Part shown: positions 1 to 8,742 of the stretch, piece by piece | Numbering within the stretch: position 1 is the stretch's first letter | How the letters are laid out: each line of letters begins with the position of its first letter | NCBI GenBank assembly: GCA_036679605.1 | Contig: JAZDCZ010000294.1 | Coordinates: 1 to 40,714, forward strand | Source of the DNA: Gemmatimonadota bacterium | GTDB taxonomy: Bacteria > Gemmatimonadota > Gemmatimonadetes > Gemmatimonadales > GWC2-71-9 | Direction: 5' to 3' | Length of the DNA stretch: 40,714 nucleotides | The notes under the pieces: model-generated | The model's database searches: none | Told to the model about the DNA's origin: nothing | The model's input: only the letters and a program-made list of their open reading frames with translations | Made by a program: the position numbers and the translations under genes

Positions 1-101
1 CCCGGTGCAAACGGGCACCGATCAGAGTGCGGATGGTAGCCAATCGATGAGCACAGGCGTAGCCGCCACGTCGGCGAACTTGACAACTTGGCCTTCTCAT
101 G

Positions 102-125
102 GTAGCGAGCGTTTTCTAACGCTCG
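102..125 (+). repeat. REP-like hairpin family D (GTAG foot + CGAGCGTT-TTCT-AACGCTCG)
   Basis: Perfect 8-bp stem preceded by GTAG. Related copies at 20167-20187 and 20233-20252 (reverse) and 37075-37098. Confidence 0.7.
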
Positions 126-240
126 GATAATTAGGAGAGAGATCACTCTCTCCACTCTGCTCGCATTGACACCTTTCAAGTTCTATGTTTCCTGAGTGAT
201 TCAGGGGAGACTGATGGAGTCCATTGGAATTCACACCTGT

Positions 241-789
241 CTAGATCGGCCGGAACAGCTCGGCCAACTCCAGCGTGAACGGCTTCGCTGCGCCCGCCGG
301 GCTCCAGGTTACAACTCGACGCTCAACTGTCGGGAAGGTGTCGTGCGGCGTCCAGACCTCGACCAATTGTTGATCGGTATCCACGATCCAATAGACCGGG
401 ACTCCCACTTCCTGATAGAGGTGCCGCTTCGTGAAGCGATCGTAACGGGTCGTGCTGGGGCTCAGAACCTCGATGGCCAGTAGTAAGGTCTGGATGTTCT
501 TCCACTCGCCTGTCCGCCATTCGTCGAGATCGGCGACGAACACGTCGGGTTGGACCAGAATGCCGCTTCCCCACGAGATATCCGCCGGTGAACCTACCAC
601 GAACCCGACCCCGCCGTCCCCGAGGTACCGCTCAAGCGCTGAGATCAGCCGCGTGACGACTTGTTGATGTGCAGGACGGGGTGCCGGTGTCACCAACAAC
701 TCCCCGTGCACGGTCTCGTAGCGCTTCCCGTCGTCGGGTAGCGCACGGACCATTTCGGCCGAGTAATAGATTGGAGCGGCCATACCCAT
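241..789 (-). CDS. Uma2 family (DUF820, PD-(D/E)XK-like) putative endonuclease
   Basis: Motifs RYETVHGELLVTPAP, VQPDVFV, LAIEVLSPST..D...KR.LY...GV..YWIVD. RBS GAGGTG 5 nt before ATG 789. Confidence 0.9.
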   Translation of the reverse strand: MGMAAPIYYSAEMVRALPDDGKRYETVHGELLVTPAPRPAHQQVVTRLISALERYLGDGGVGFVVGSPADISWGSGILVQPDVFVADLDEWRTGEWKNIQTLLLAIEVLSPSTTRYDRFTKRHLYQEVGVPVYWIVDTDQQLVEVWTPHDTFPTVERRVVTWSPAGAAKPFTLELAELFRPI

Positions 790-895
790 AAGCTCACCTC
801 GGCTGTACGGATGGGGCAAGAGCATTGCACGCACTAGGGTAACGCGGGTGGGTCAGGAACCAGGTACCATGCGAGCGCAGTTAGGTACGGAAAAT

Positions 896-948
896 CGGGA
901 AGCGGGAAGCGGGAAGCGGGAAGCGGGAAAAGGGAAAAGGGGGGAGTA
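896..948 (+). repeat. Heptamer tandem array (CGGGAAG)x4 + GGGAAAA + GGGAGTA
   Basis: Directly visible tandem repeats. Confidence 0.95.
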
Positions 949-995
949 CCTACCCGGGCTTGCATCTTGGCCCCGCAGCGCCAAGATTTCCCCAC

Positions 996-1208
996 ATGCC
1001 CAAGCCCGCGTTTGACTACCGCAAGCTCTCAGTCGCCGAGCGGCTGCAGCTGGTCGAGGACATCTGGGATAGCATTGCCCAGGATACAGGTGCCGTCCCG
1101 GTTCCTTCTGAGGTCTTGGACGAAGCCGAGCGGCGACTTGCGGAACATCGTCGCGATCCCGATTCTGCCATCGCTTGGGAGGACGTAAAGGCTGAGTTGT
1201 CGTTCTGA
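996..1208 (+). CDS. Putative addiction module antitoxin (TIGR02574-like); C-terminus altered by a deletion
   Basis: LSVAERLQLVEDIWDSI...ERRLAEHR..P..AI.WEDVKAEL. Close paralog at 40131-40352. Confidence 0.85.
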   Translation: MPKPAFDYRKLSVAERLQLVEDIWDSIAQDTGAVPVPSEVLDEAERRLAEHRRDPDSAIAWEDVKAELSF

Positions 1209-1264
1209 CGGTTCACCATCATAGGCGGGCCCCGACGCGCTGGCACGCGGGGCGTGATGCCTAA
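1201..1264 (+). pseudogene. parE: 3' remnant of RelE/ParE toxin (VLTVHHHRRAPTRWHAGRDA*)
   Basis: Matches the reverse complement of 39840-39894. 253 nt are missing relative to the paralogous module. Confidence 0.85.
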
Positions 1265-1306
1265 CAACTGATCGTGCTGAGGGACGCTGTAATAGAGCGG
1301 CCGTGG

Positions 1307-1334
1307 GCTCCCTTTAGGGTCTTCCAGCGTGAAG
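1307..1334 (+). repeat. REP-like family C (CCCT-TT/TC-AGGGTC.TCCAGCG)
   Basis: Similar to 40581-40615 and to the reverse complement of 20259-20304. Confidence 0.65.
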
Positions 1335-1335
1335 T

Positions 1336-1380
1336 CCGCGACATGAGAGTCGCGTCTCGGCTGTTGCCGCTCAAGCGGCG
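1336..1380 (-). repeat. Double-hairpin element A, divergent copy
   Basis: Reverse complement reads CGCCGCTTGAGCGGC-AACAGCCGAG-ACGCGACTCTCATGTCGCGG; compare 8666-8734. Confidence 0.75.
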
Positions 1381-1443
1381 TTTTCTTCAATGTCCGGGGT
1401 GTTACGACAGTAGGGTTGGAATGCGTCGCGCTCTAGCGTTGTA

Positions 1444-1500
1444 CATTTCACTTTTCACATTTTATTTTTCCCGCTCCCCACTCCCCACTCCCCACTCCCT
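1444..1500 (-). repeat. Heptamer arms (GGGGAGT)n and (GTGAAA.)n following the stop of the response regulator
   Basis: + strand CATTTCACTTTTCACA...CTCCCCACTCCCCACTCCCCACTCCC. Confidence 0.9.
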
Positions 1501-1505
1501 TGTCC

Positions 1506-2462
1506 CTACGTAGTCTCCGACCTCGCCCGCCCGCCTATCTCGAAGGGCTTGATCCAATCTCCGTTGCCGGTGACTCTGGCTTTGCGCAGCGCGATGGTGG
1601 CGTGGAGCATGAGGTCGCGGGCTTCAACGGGGGTTTCGCGCACGTTGTTCACCGCATCATAACCGGCGCGCATTCGCAGCGGGTGTGCCTCGTCGGTTTG
1701 CTCCCGGATGAGTGTCTCCAGCCGTTTGGCCAGGCGCACGGCACCGGCGCTGTCAGTGCTGGGTGCCATGATCGCGAACTCGTTCTGCCCCAATCTGCCA
1801 ATGGCGTCGGACACGCGGCCCACGTCCTTGAGTGCTTTGCCCACGCGAATAATGGCTGCAAGCAGCGCCTTGTCGTCGAGCGTCGGAGTGGTTTCGTCTT
1901 CAGGTGGCGTTTGGGTAGGGGCGATAACTACGCAGGCCAGGGCCTGATGATCTCTGTAGGCCTGGGATCGGAGTTCACGAGCACGCTGTTCCAGGCCTCG
2001 CAGGTTGTAGAGTCCGGTAGACTCATCGACCAGACAACGCTCCAGGGCCCGGTCGGTCTCGAACTTGGCCCGGACGTACGCATCCAATCGCAGCAGCAGT
2101 TCCTGGGCATCGACGGGGAAGGATAGGAATTCCCAGGCACCCGCTCGCAACGAGGCCAATCGCTGATCGCGGGTGAGGCGTTCCGAACTGGTGACCAAGA
2201 TGGGGATGCTGGCGCTGAAGTGGGCGTTTTCGCGCAGTGTGCGGCAGAACTGAACCCCGTCACTGTTGGGCAGATTGGCACTCACGAAAATTAGATCCGG
2301 CGGTTGGGCTTGTGCTCGATCCAGCCCGGCCTTCGCCGTAAACGCCCGCATGACCGCATATCCGTTGGGTGCTAACACGCTCTCGAGCGATCGTGTCGAC
2401 CACTCTTGATCGTCTACAATTAGCACCACTGGTGGACGCGCATCAATACCGCGGTCAGACAT
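1506..2462 (-). CDS. Response regulator: receiver domain + degenerate GGDEF domain
   Basis: VLIVDD...PDLIFVSANLP (REC); D..TGLYN.RG and IGRLGQNEFAI (GGDEF position). RBS GGAGGG. Confidence 0.85.
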   Translation of the reverse strand: MSDRGIDARPPVVLIVDDQEWSTRSLESVLAPNGYAVMRAFTAKAGLDRAQAQPPDLIFVSANLPNSDGVQFCRTLRENAHFSASIPILVTSSERLTRDQRLASLRAGAWEFLSFPVDAQELLLRLDAYVRAKFETDRALERCLVDESTGLYNLRGLEQRARELRSQAYRDHQALACVVIAPTQTPPEDETTPTLDDKALLAAIIRVGKALKDVGRVSDAIGRLGQNEFAIMAPSTDSAGAVRLAKRLETLIREQTDEAHPLRMRAGYDAVNNVRETPVEARDLMLHATIALRKARVTGNGDWIKPFEIGGRARSETT

Positions 2463-2813
2463 TTCCCTCCTAATAAACGCGATTTTCGGAGTACGGCGTG
2501 GACAGCCGGCAGATTTCTAGCGCAGACTTTGTGCCGGGTCCCGAACTTAGGAAAAACATTGAGCCATAAGGGCTTAGGTATCTCAGAAGGACCGCCGGGA
2601 GCCATCAAATCGCTGCAACAGGCCTACAAGAGACCCTGTTGTGCCGCGATGTTGCAACGCGACAACGCGTTGATCCTGCCCGGTTGGTCTCTCATGGATA
2701 CCACAACTCGTTGTCACGTAACGCTCTAGATCATGCGACACGCGTCCGATATCACTCGGCCTCAATCTTGAACTTGCGTAGGCAGGTGAGGGCGGGTCCC
2801 TCAGAACGCTGGT

Positions 2814-3080
2814 TTGATAAGGTACTTAGAGAAAGCTTTACCTTTGCTCTGTCCTAGCTGTGAAATTGTCGTTACGAGGCTAAGTTCGGGTCCCGACCGC
2901 CGAGTTCGGTGGTCGCGCCTGGGAGATCCCTTGAGTGCGCTTCTCTGTGCGCGCTGTGGTGCGGTCTTGCCTTCTAACGACTCGGTGGATGCGATGTTGG
3001 CGAAGTTGTCGCAACTTTCACGCTTCGGCCTAGGGGCTGACGACAGACCGCTACTGAGCGCGTCGCGCCCGGGAGACTGA
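2814..3080 (+). CDS. Possible small zinc-ribbon protein (CPSC...CARC)
   Basis: Two CxxC motifs; stop ends 2 nt before the glmS ATG. TTG start is uncertain. Confidence 0.35.
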   Translation: MIRYLEKALPLLCPSCEIVVTRLSSGPDRRVRWSRLGDPLSALLCARCGAVLPSNDSVDAMLAKLSQLSRFGLGADDRPLLSASRPGD

Positions 3081-3082
3081 CT

Positions 3083-4909
3083 ATGTGCGGCATAATTGGA
3101 TACGTCGGAAAACGCGAGGCAGCACCGATCCTCCTGGAAGGATTGCGGCGTCTCGAATACCGCGGCTACGACTCGGCCGGAGTCGCGATCCAGAATGGGC
3201 AGGGTCTGAACGTGCGGAAGTTGGCGGGCCGAGTGCAGGGATTGTCCGATTCGCTGGCCGAGATGGCGCTTCAGGGGTCCGGGGGAATCGCACACACCCG
3301 CTGGGCAACCCACGGCGCTCCTACTCAGACGAACGCTCACCCGCACACCGACTGCTCCGGCAAGATCGTGCTGGTCCACAACGGCATCATCGAGAACGCC
3401 GATGCGTTGAGGAAGCAGCTCGAGCAAGACGGCCACGCGTTTGCGACCGAGACCGACACCGAGGTGCTTACCCACCTGATTGAGGCGTCGTCCGGTACCA
3501 CTCTAGAGGACAAGGTGATCGCCGCGCTCGAGTTCGTGGAGGGCGCATACGGCATGGCCGTCATGTGGGAGGACGAGCCGCGCAAAATAGTGGTGGCCCG
3601 CAAGGGATCGCCCGTGCTCTTAGGTATAGGTGACGGCGAGTACTTCGTGGCCTCAGATGCGACCGCCATTCTAGAGTACACTCGCTCGGTTGTCTACTTG
3701 GACGACGGCGATATCGCGATCCTGACGCCCGACGGTTACAGGGTGGTAGACCGAAAATCGCACGACCTCGATCGCTCTGTTGCGAACATCGATTGGGATA
3801 TGGGCGCCATAGAGTTGGGCGGCTATCCCCACTTCATGCTCAAGGAGATTTGCGAGCAGCCCGAGAGCGTGCGCAGCACGCTGCGCGGCAGGCTGGTGTT
3901 CGAGCAGGGCACCACTCGACTCAACGGTCTCAACCTGCCGCCCGAAGAGTGCGAGAAGATTCGCCGGATCGTGATTCTGGCTTGCGGCACGTCGTGGCAT
4001 GCCGCGCTGGTGGGGCGACACTGCATAGAGGAACTGACAGGCATTCCGGTGGATGTGGAGTACGCTTCCGAGTACCGCTACCGGCCGCAGCTCGAGATCT
4101 CCGGAACGCTGGCAATCGCCGTGTCGCAGTCGGGTGAGACGGCAGACACGCTCGAGGCCATGCGTGCCGCACGAGCGGTGGGCTGCAAGATCATCGGTAT
4201 CGTGAACGCAGTCGGTAGCAGCATCGCGCGGGACTCGGATGGCGGGATCTACCTGCATGCCGGTCCCGAAATCGGCGTGGCGTCCACCAAGGCGTTTACG
4301 TCGCAGATCGTGGCGCTGTTGCTGTTCGCGATCCACTTGGGTCGCCAGCGCGGGCTGTCCTTGGCGCAGGGCCAGGAACTGGTGTACGAATTGGCGCGGT
4401 TGCCGGAGCTGGTCGATCAGGTTCTGGAACTCGGGCCGGTCACGGAGGGCCTGGCGCGCGCGTACGCCGATGCCGGCAATTTCCTGTACTTGGGACGAGG
4501 AGTGAACTTTCCAGTGGCGCTGGAAGGTGCGCTCAAGTTGAAGGAGATCAGCTACATCCACGCCGAGGGGTACCCCGCGGCGGAGATGAAGCACGGCCCC
4601 ATTGCCTTGATCGACGAGAGCATGCCGGTCGTGTTCGTGGCTCCCAAGGACCACGTGTACCAGAAGGTGGTGGCCAATATGCAGGAGGTGAAGGCGCGGG
4701 GTGGTAGAATCATCGCTATCGCTACCGAGGGTAACGGTGATCTCCGCAATCTGGCCGATCACCAGCTGCGCGTGCCGAAGACATTGCCGCTGCTATCCCC
4801 GGTAATCACGTCGATACCGCTGCAACTCCTGGCATATCACATCGCAGTGCTGCGCGGGTGTGATGTGGACAAGCCGCGCAACCTCGCCAAGAGCGTCACG
4901 GTGGAGTAG
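3083..4909 (+). CDS. glmS: Glutamine--fructose-6-phosphate aminotransferase (isomerizing)
   Basis: MCGIIGY, LEYRGYDSAG, HTRWATHG, SQSGETADT, EGALKLKEISYIHAEGY, PRNLAKSVTVE. Confidence 0.99.
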   Translation: MCGIIGYVGKREAAPILLEGLRRLEYRGYDSAGVAIQNGQGLNVRKLAGRVQGLSDSLAEMALQGSGGIAHTRWATHGAPTQTNAHPHTDCSGKIVLVHNGIIENADALRKQLEQDGHAFATETDTEVLTHLIEASSGTTLEDKVIAALEFVEGAYGMAVMWEDEPRKIVVARKGSPVLLGIGDGEYFVASDATAILEYTRSVVYLDDGDIAILTPDGYRVVDRKSHDLDRSVANIDWDMGAIELGGYPHFMLKEICEQPESVRSTLRGRLVFEQGTTRLNGLNLPPEECEKIRRIVILACGTSWHAALVGRHCIEELTGIPVDVEYASEYRYRPQLEISGTLAIAVSQSGETADTLEAMRAARAVGCKIIGIVNAVGSSIARDSDGGIYLHAGPEIGVASTKAFTSQIVALLLFAIHLGRQRGLSLAQGQELVYELARLPELVDQVLELGPVTEGLARAYADAGNFLYLGRGVNFPVALEGALKLKEISYIHAEGYPAAEMKHGPIALIDESMPVVFVAPKDHVYQKVVANMQEVKARGGRIIAIATEGNGDLRNLADHQLRVPKTLPLLSPVITSIPLQLLAYHIAVLRGCDVDKPRNLAKSVTVE

Positions 4910-4942
4910 CCGGTATCTTTGACCCCTACTAGGTTGCAACTC

Positions 4943-5734
4943 ATGAAGGCTGTTCTCCTTTCCGCACTGGTCGCGATCGGCGTGTCGCTGAACGCGGGCC
5001 CACTCACTGCCCAGGGCCAGGACAACTGGGATCCTCGGCGAGTCTACATGACCCGCGAGGCGTTGGAGGGGCTGCTCAGCCGTCTCGAATCCGCGTCCAG
5101 GTCGACAGTGTACACCGCCTCGCTCAAGCGGCGTGGCAGCTTCGAGGCCGCGCTCATACGCACTCGTCTGGACCAGGGTGATTTTCAGGTGGGCGACCGG
5201 ATCCTCTTGACCGTGGAGGACGAGGAGGCGTTGTCCGACACGTTCACCGTGGCTCAGGGCCAGGTGTTGCGGCTGGAGACGGTGGGCGAAGTCCCGCTCC
5301 GGGGGGTCTTGCGGTCCGAGTTGGAGCCCCATATCACCAAGTCCTTGTCACAATATCTGAGAGATCCCGTGGTAACGGCGCGTTCGCTCATTCCCATCAC
5401 GATCCACGGTGGTGTAGGGCAGCCGGGGTTCTATACGGTGCCTTCCGAGGCGCTGCTGCCTGCTGCGATCATGTTGGCGGGCGGGTTCGCCCAAGACGCC
5501 GAGATCACCGAGGTGCGGGTGGAGCGAGGTGAAAACCGAATCTGGGAAGCCGAAGCGTTGCAACAGGCGATCGTGGAGGGTAGGACACTGGATCAGCTCA
5601 ATATGCGCGGCGGTGACCGGATCTTTGTGCCGCAGCAGAGCGGTGGGCTGGGTGGGGCGGAGAACGGGTTGCGGGCGATCAGCCTGCTGTTGGCGATTCC
5701 GCTCACGATAGTGGGGCTTGTGGCGATTTTTTAA
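4943..5734 (+). CDS. SLBB-domain polysaccharide export (Wza/OPX-like) protein
   Basis: Signal peptide; FQVGDRILL, GGVGQPGFY, AGG, GDRIFVP motifs; C-terminal hydrophobic helix. Alternative start at 4919. Confidence 0.8.
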   Translation: MKAVLLSALVAIGVSLNAGPLTAQGQDNWDPRRVYMTREALEGLLSRLESASRSTVYTASLKRRGSFEAALIRTRLDQGDFQVGDRILLTVEDEEALSDTFTVAQGQVLRLETVGEVPLRGVLRSELEPHITKSLSQYLRDPVVTARSLIPITIHGGVGQPGFYTVPSEALLPAAIMLAGGFAQDAEITEVRVERGENRIWEAEALQQAIVEGRTLDQLNMRGGDRIFVPQQSGGLGGAENGLRAISLLLAIPLTIVGLVAIF

Positions 5735-5865
5735 GCGGGAAGCGGGAAGCGGGAATAACGAACATCGAACAAGGAACGCCGAACATCGAAGTTGCTCCCT
5801 ACTCCCCACTCCCTCTCTGTTGCGTTTCACCTTTCACTGCGACTCATTCATGTCTCACATTTCAG
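5733..5865 (+). repeat. Composite junction: (AAGCGGG)x3, GAAYATC-type arm, then complementary TACTCCC and TTTCAC arms
   Basis: Visible repeats. 5742-5806 matches 21074-21138 at 60/65 nt. Confidence 0.9.
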
Positions 5866-5883
5866 TTCTACCCTGAGTCGCTC

Positions 5884-6663
5884 TTGATCCAACAAATCAT
5901 CCCCATAGTCGAGTCTGCGGGCCGCCTGATCCAACAGGTTGCTTCGCGCGACTTCGACGTCGAACAAAAGGGCAACCAAGGGCCCGTGACCGAGGCGGAC
6001 CGCGGGGCGGACGAGCTGCTCAAATCAGCACTGCTGGCGATCGAGAGCTGCGGCTGGCTCTCGGAGGAGACCGCCGATGACCGTTCTCGGCTCGATGTCG
6101 AGCGGCTTTGGGTCGTGGACCCGCTGGACGGCACGAAGGAGTTCGTACAGCGGATCCCGGAATACACGGTGGCGGTAGCATTGGTGGAATCGGGTCGTCC
6201 CGTGCTGGGCGTCGTCCACAATCCCGCTACAGGTGACACGTATTGGGCGGTTAAGGGCGGCGGAGCGTTCAAGAACGGAGTAGCCGTGCACGTCTCCGAT
6301 GGAGCGGCGCTGCTCGCGTCCCGCTCAGAGATCAAGCGTGGCGAGTTCGAGCCTTTCACTCATGATTGGGAAGTGACCGCCCTAGGCAGCATCGAGTACA
6401 AGCTCGCGCTCATTGGATCCGGCCGCGCCAGTGTTACATTTTCACGCGGTCCCAAGTGGGAGTGGGACGTGTGCGCGGGCTCGCTCATAGTCGAGGAGGC
6501 CGGAGGTATCGTGACAGACCTGTTCGGGGCGCCGCTAGAGTTCAACCAGTCGTTCCCCAAGGTCAAAGGAGTGCTGGCCGGCGCGCCCGAGGCGTACGAG
6601 CGCGCTCGTGTCCAGCTCGCGACGATCGGGGCGTCCGATCGGATGGGGGAGTTTGGTATGTAG
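5884..6663 (+). CDS. cysQ: 3'(2'),5'-bisphosphate nucleotidase (inositol monophosphatase family)
   Basis: PVTEAD, LSEE, WVVDPLDGTKEF, WEWDVCAG..IVEEAGG; adjacent to sat/cysC. Confidence 0.85.
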   Translation: MIQQIIPIVESAGRLIQQVASRDFDVEQKGNQGPVTEADRGADELLKSALLAIESCGWLSEETADDRSRLDVERLWVVDPLDGTKEFVQRIPEYTVAVALVESGRPVLGVVHNPATGDTYWAVKGGGAFKNGVAVHVSDGAALLASRSEIKRGEFEPFTHDWEVTALGSIEYKLALIGSGRASVTFSRGPKWEWDVCAGSLIVEEAGGIVTDLFGAPLEFNQSFPKVKGVLAGAPEAYERARVQLATIGASDRMGEFGM

Positions 6664-6798
6664 GGGCCGGGAAGCGGGAAGTGTCAAAAGTGAAATGTGA
6701 AAAGTGAAATGTGAAAAACGGGAGTAGGGAGTAGGGAGTAGGGAGTAGGGAGTAGGGAGTAGCTTCGATGTTCCATCTCCCCACTCCCCACTCCCCAG
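6664..6798 (+). repeat. Composite junction: GGGAAGC, (GTGAAAT/A)x4, (GGGAGTA)x6 at 6720-6761, then CTTCGATGTTC and (CTCCCCA)x3
   Basis: Visible; purine arm followed by complementary pyrimidine arm. Confidence 0.95.
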
Positions 6799-6833
6799 TA
6801 AACCTGAACCAACCAACAACTAGGAGTTATTTC

Positions 6834-8561
6834 TTGCCTGACCATCTTATCACCCCGCACGGCGGGGCTCTAAATAATCTGATCGTAAGCGAAGATCGCG
6901 CTGCGGAACTCAAAGCCGCATCGCGCGACTGGCCGTCGTGGGACCTCACGCCGAGGCAACTGTGCGACTTGGAACTCTTGTTGAACGGGGGTTTTTCGCC
7001 GCTGCTGGGGTTCATGACACGCAAGGATTACGATGGTGTCTGCGAGTCGATGCGGCTGGCGGACGGCACGCTTTGGCCCATGCCGATCACGCTGGACGTT
7101 ACCGACGAGATGGCCGAGAAGCTGGAGTCGGGCGACACCTTGGCACTGCGGGACGCTGAGGGCGTGATGTTGGCGGCGATGAACGTGACTGACAAGTGGA
7201 CGCCCGACCGGGAGTCCGAGGCTCAGTCCGTATTTGCAACCACCGATCGCGAGCACCCTGCGGTAGCCTACCTGCTCGAAAAGAGCCACGCGGTTTACGT
7301 GGGCGGCACGCTGGAAGGACTGACCCTCCCGGCACACTACGACTACAGGGAATTCCGCGCTACGCCGGAGCAGGTGCGGGCAGAGTTTTCCCGCAGAGGT
7401 TGGCGCAGGATCGTGGCGTTCCAGACTCGGAACCCCATGCACCGGGCCCACCAAGAACTCACACTGCGTGCGGCCAAGGAGGTCGAGGCAAATCTCCTGA
7501 TTCATCCCGTTGTGGGGATGACCAAGCCGGGCGATGTCGACCACTACACCAGAGTGCGTTGCTACCAGGCGCTGCTACCGCGCTATCCCAAGAGCACTGC
7601 CATGCTGTCACTGTTGCCGTTGGCGATGAGAATGGGCGGGCCGCGCGAGGCTGTGTGGCACGCCATCATCCGCAAAAACTTTGGCTGCACTCATTTGATA
7701 GTGGGTCGCGATCACGCCGGTCCGGGCAGCGATTCGAGTGGGACTCCGTTCTACGGACCGTACGACGCCCAGGAGTTGCTGCAACAGCACGAGGAGGAGC
7801 TGGGCGTTGCGATGGTGCCGTTCAAGATGATGGTCTACGTGGATTCCCTGGACAAATACGTGCCGGTGGACGAAGTGCCGGAGGGCAAGCGGTCGCTCAG
7901 CATCTCGGGCACGGAGTTGCGGGCCCGTCTGGCTGAAGGCCGTTCGATCCCCGAGTGGTTCACGTTTCCCGATGTGGCGGCGGAGTTGCAGAAGAGCCAC
8001 CCTCCGAGGCCCAAGCAGGGCTTCACCGTTTTCTTTACCGGTCTGTCGGGATCGGGCAAGTCCACAATAGCGAACGTATTGATGGTGAAGTTTCTGGAGA
8101 TGGGCGGTCGGCCCGTGACGTTGCTGGACGGCGACATCGTTCGGACGAATCTCTCGTCTGAACTCGGATTTTCCAAGGAACATCGCGACATCAACATCCG
8201 CCGGATCGGCTTTGTGGCTTCGGAGAACACAAAGAACGGTGGCATTGCGATCTGTGCGCCCATCGCGCCATACGACGCGGTACGCCAAGAGGTGCGCGCC
8301 ATGATCGAGCCCGTTGGCGGGTTCGCTCTGGTGCATGTGGCCACACCGCTCGAGGTGTGCGAGCAGCGCGATCGCAAGGGGCTCTACGCAAAGGCCCGTG
8401 CCGGAATCATCAAGGAATTCACCGGGATCTCCGATCCCTACGAAGAGCCCGAGCGCGCCGAGGTCGTGATAGACACGACCAACGTGGAGCCCGAGGAGGC
8501 CGCGCAGCAGATCATACTATACCTTGAGCGGGAGGGATATGTGGGGGCGAGTGGGCTGTGA
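6834..8561 (+). CDS. sat: Bifunctional sulfate adenylyltransferase / adenylylsulfate kinase
   Basis: FQTRNPMHRAH, GRDHAG (ATP sulfurylase); FTGLSGSGKST, LLDGD, RDRKGLY, FTGISDPYE (APS kinase). RBS AGGAG before TTG 6834. Confidence 0.97.
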   Translation: MPDHLITPHGGALNNLIVSEDRAAELKAASRDWPSWDLTPRQLCDLELLLNGGFSPLLGFMTRKDYDGVCESMRLADGTLWPMPITLDVTDEMAEKLESGDTLALRDAEGVMLAAMNVTDKWTPDRESEAQSVFATTDREHPAVAYLLEKSHAVYVGGTLEGLTLPAHYDYREFRATPEQVRAEFSRRGWRRIVAFQTRNPMHRAHQELTLRAAKEVEANLLIHPVVGMTKPGDVDHYTRVRCYQALLPRYPKSTAMLSLLPLAMRMGGPREAVWHAIIRKNFGCTHLIVGRDHAGPGSDSSGTPFYGPYDAQELLQQHEEELGVAMVPFKMMVYVDSLDKYVPVDEVPEGKRSLSISGTELRARLAEGRSIPEWFTFPDVAAELQKSHPPRPKQGFTVFFTGLSGSGKSTIANVLMVKFLEMGGRPVTLLDGDIVRTNLSSELGFSKEHRDINIRRIGFVASENTKNGGIAICAPIAPYDAVRQEVRAMIEPVGGFALVHVATPLEVCEQRDRKGLYAKARAGIIKEFTGISDPYEEPERAEVVIDTTNVEPEEAAQQIILYLEREGYVGASGL

Positions 8562-8660
8562 AAGGTGAAATGTGAAACGTGAAAAAAAGGGAGTAGAGAG
8601 TAGAGAGTAGGGAGTAGGGAGTAGGGAGTGGCGCACTGGAAGCGGGACAAGGGAAAAGGA
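8558..8660 (+). repeat. Purine arm (GTGAAA.)x4 + (G[G/A]GAGTA)x6 + GGGA[C/A]AA
   Basis: Begins within the sat stop codon. Confidence 0.95.
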
Positions 8661-8665
8661 GCGGT

Positions 8666-8734
8666 TTGGCAGAATCAAAGAGATGGCACGTCGCTGTTAG
8701 CGACATCAGCCGAGCCGCGACTCTCACGTCGCGG
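8666..8734 (+). repeat. Double-hairpin element A (GTCGCT-GTT-AGCGAC ATCAGCCGAG CCGCGAC-TCTCAC-GTCGCGG)
   Basis: Near-identical copies at 14996-15065 and 37999-38067, divergent copy at 1336-1380, partial copy at 40447-40466. Confidence 0.9.
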
Positions 8735-8742
8735 ATTCCGCA

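Noticed and set aside
88..100. 13-nt inverted match (ATGAGAAGGCCAA) with 40629-40641 as terminal inverted repeats
   Set aside because: The match does not extend and there is no transposase or target duplication; may be chance.
2463..3082. glmS ribozyme
   Set aside because: The conserved core could not be recognised by eye; a cmscan would be needed.
2801..4762. Long antisense ORFs (2801-3475, 3671-4762) and similar shadow ORFs over sat, Fic and the export gene
   Set aside because: They overlap well-supported genes on the opposite strand; expected in GC-rich DNA.
6720..6761. Tandem repeats as a CRISPR array
   Set aside because: 7-nt units with no unique spacers; no cas genes in the window.
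6535..6833. ORFs with LPTPYSLLPTPYS / PTPHSP peptides and N-terminal extensions of sat and MntA
   Set aside because: These are translations of the heptamer repeats, not protein motifs.
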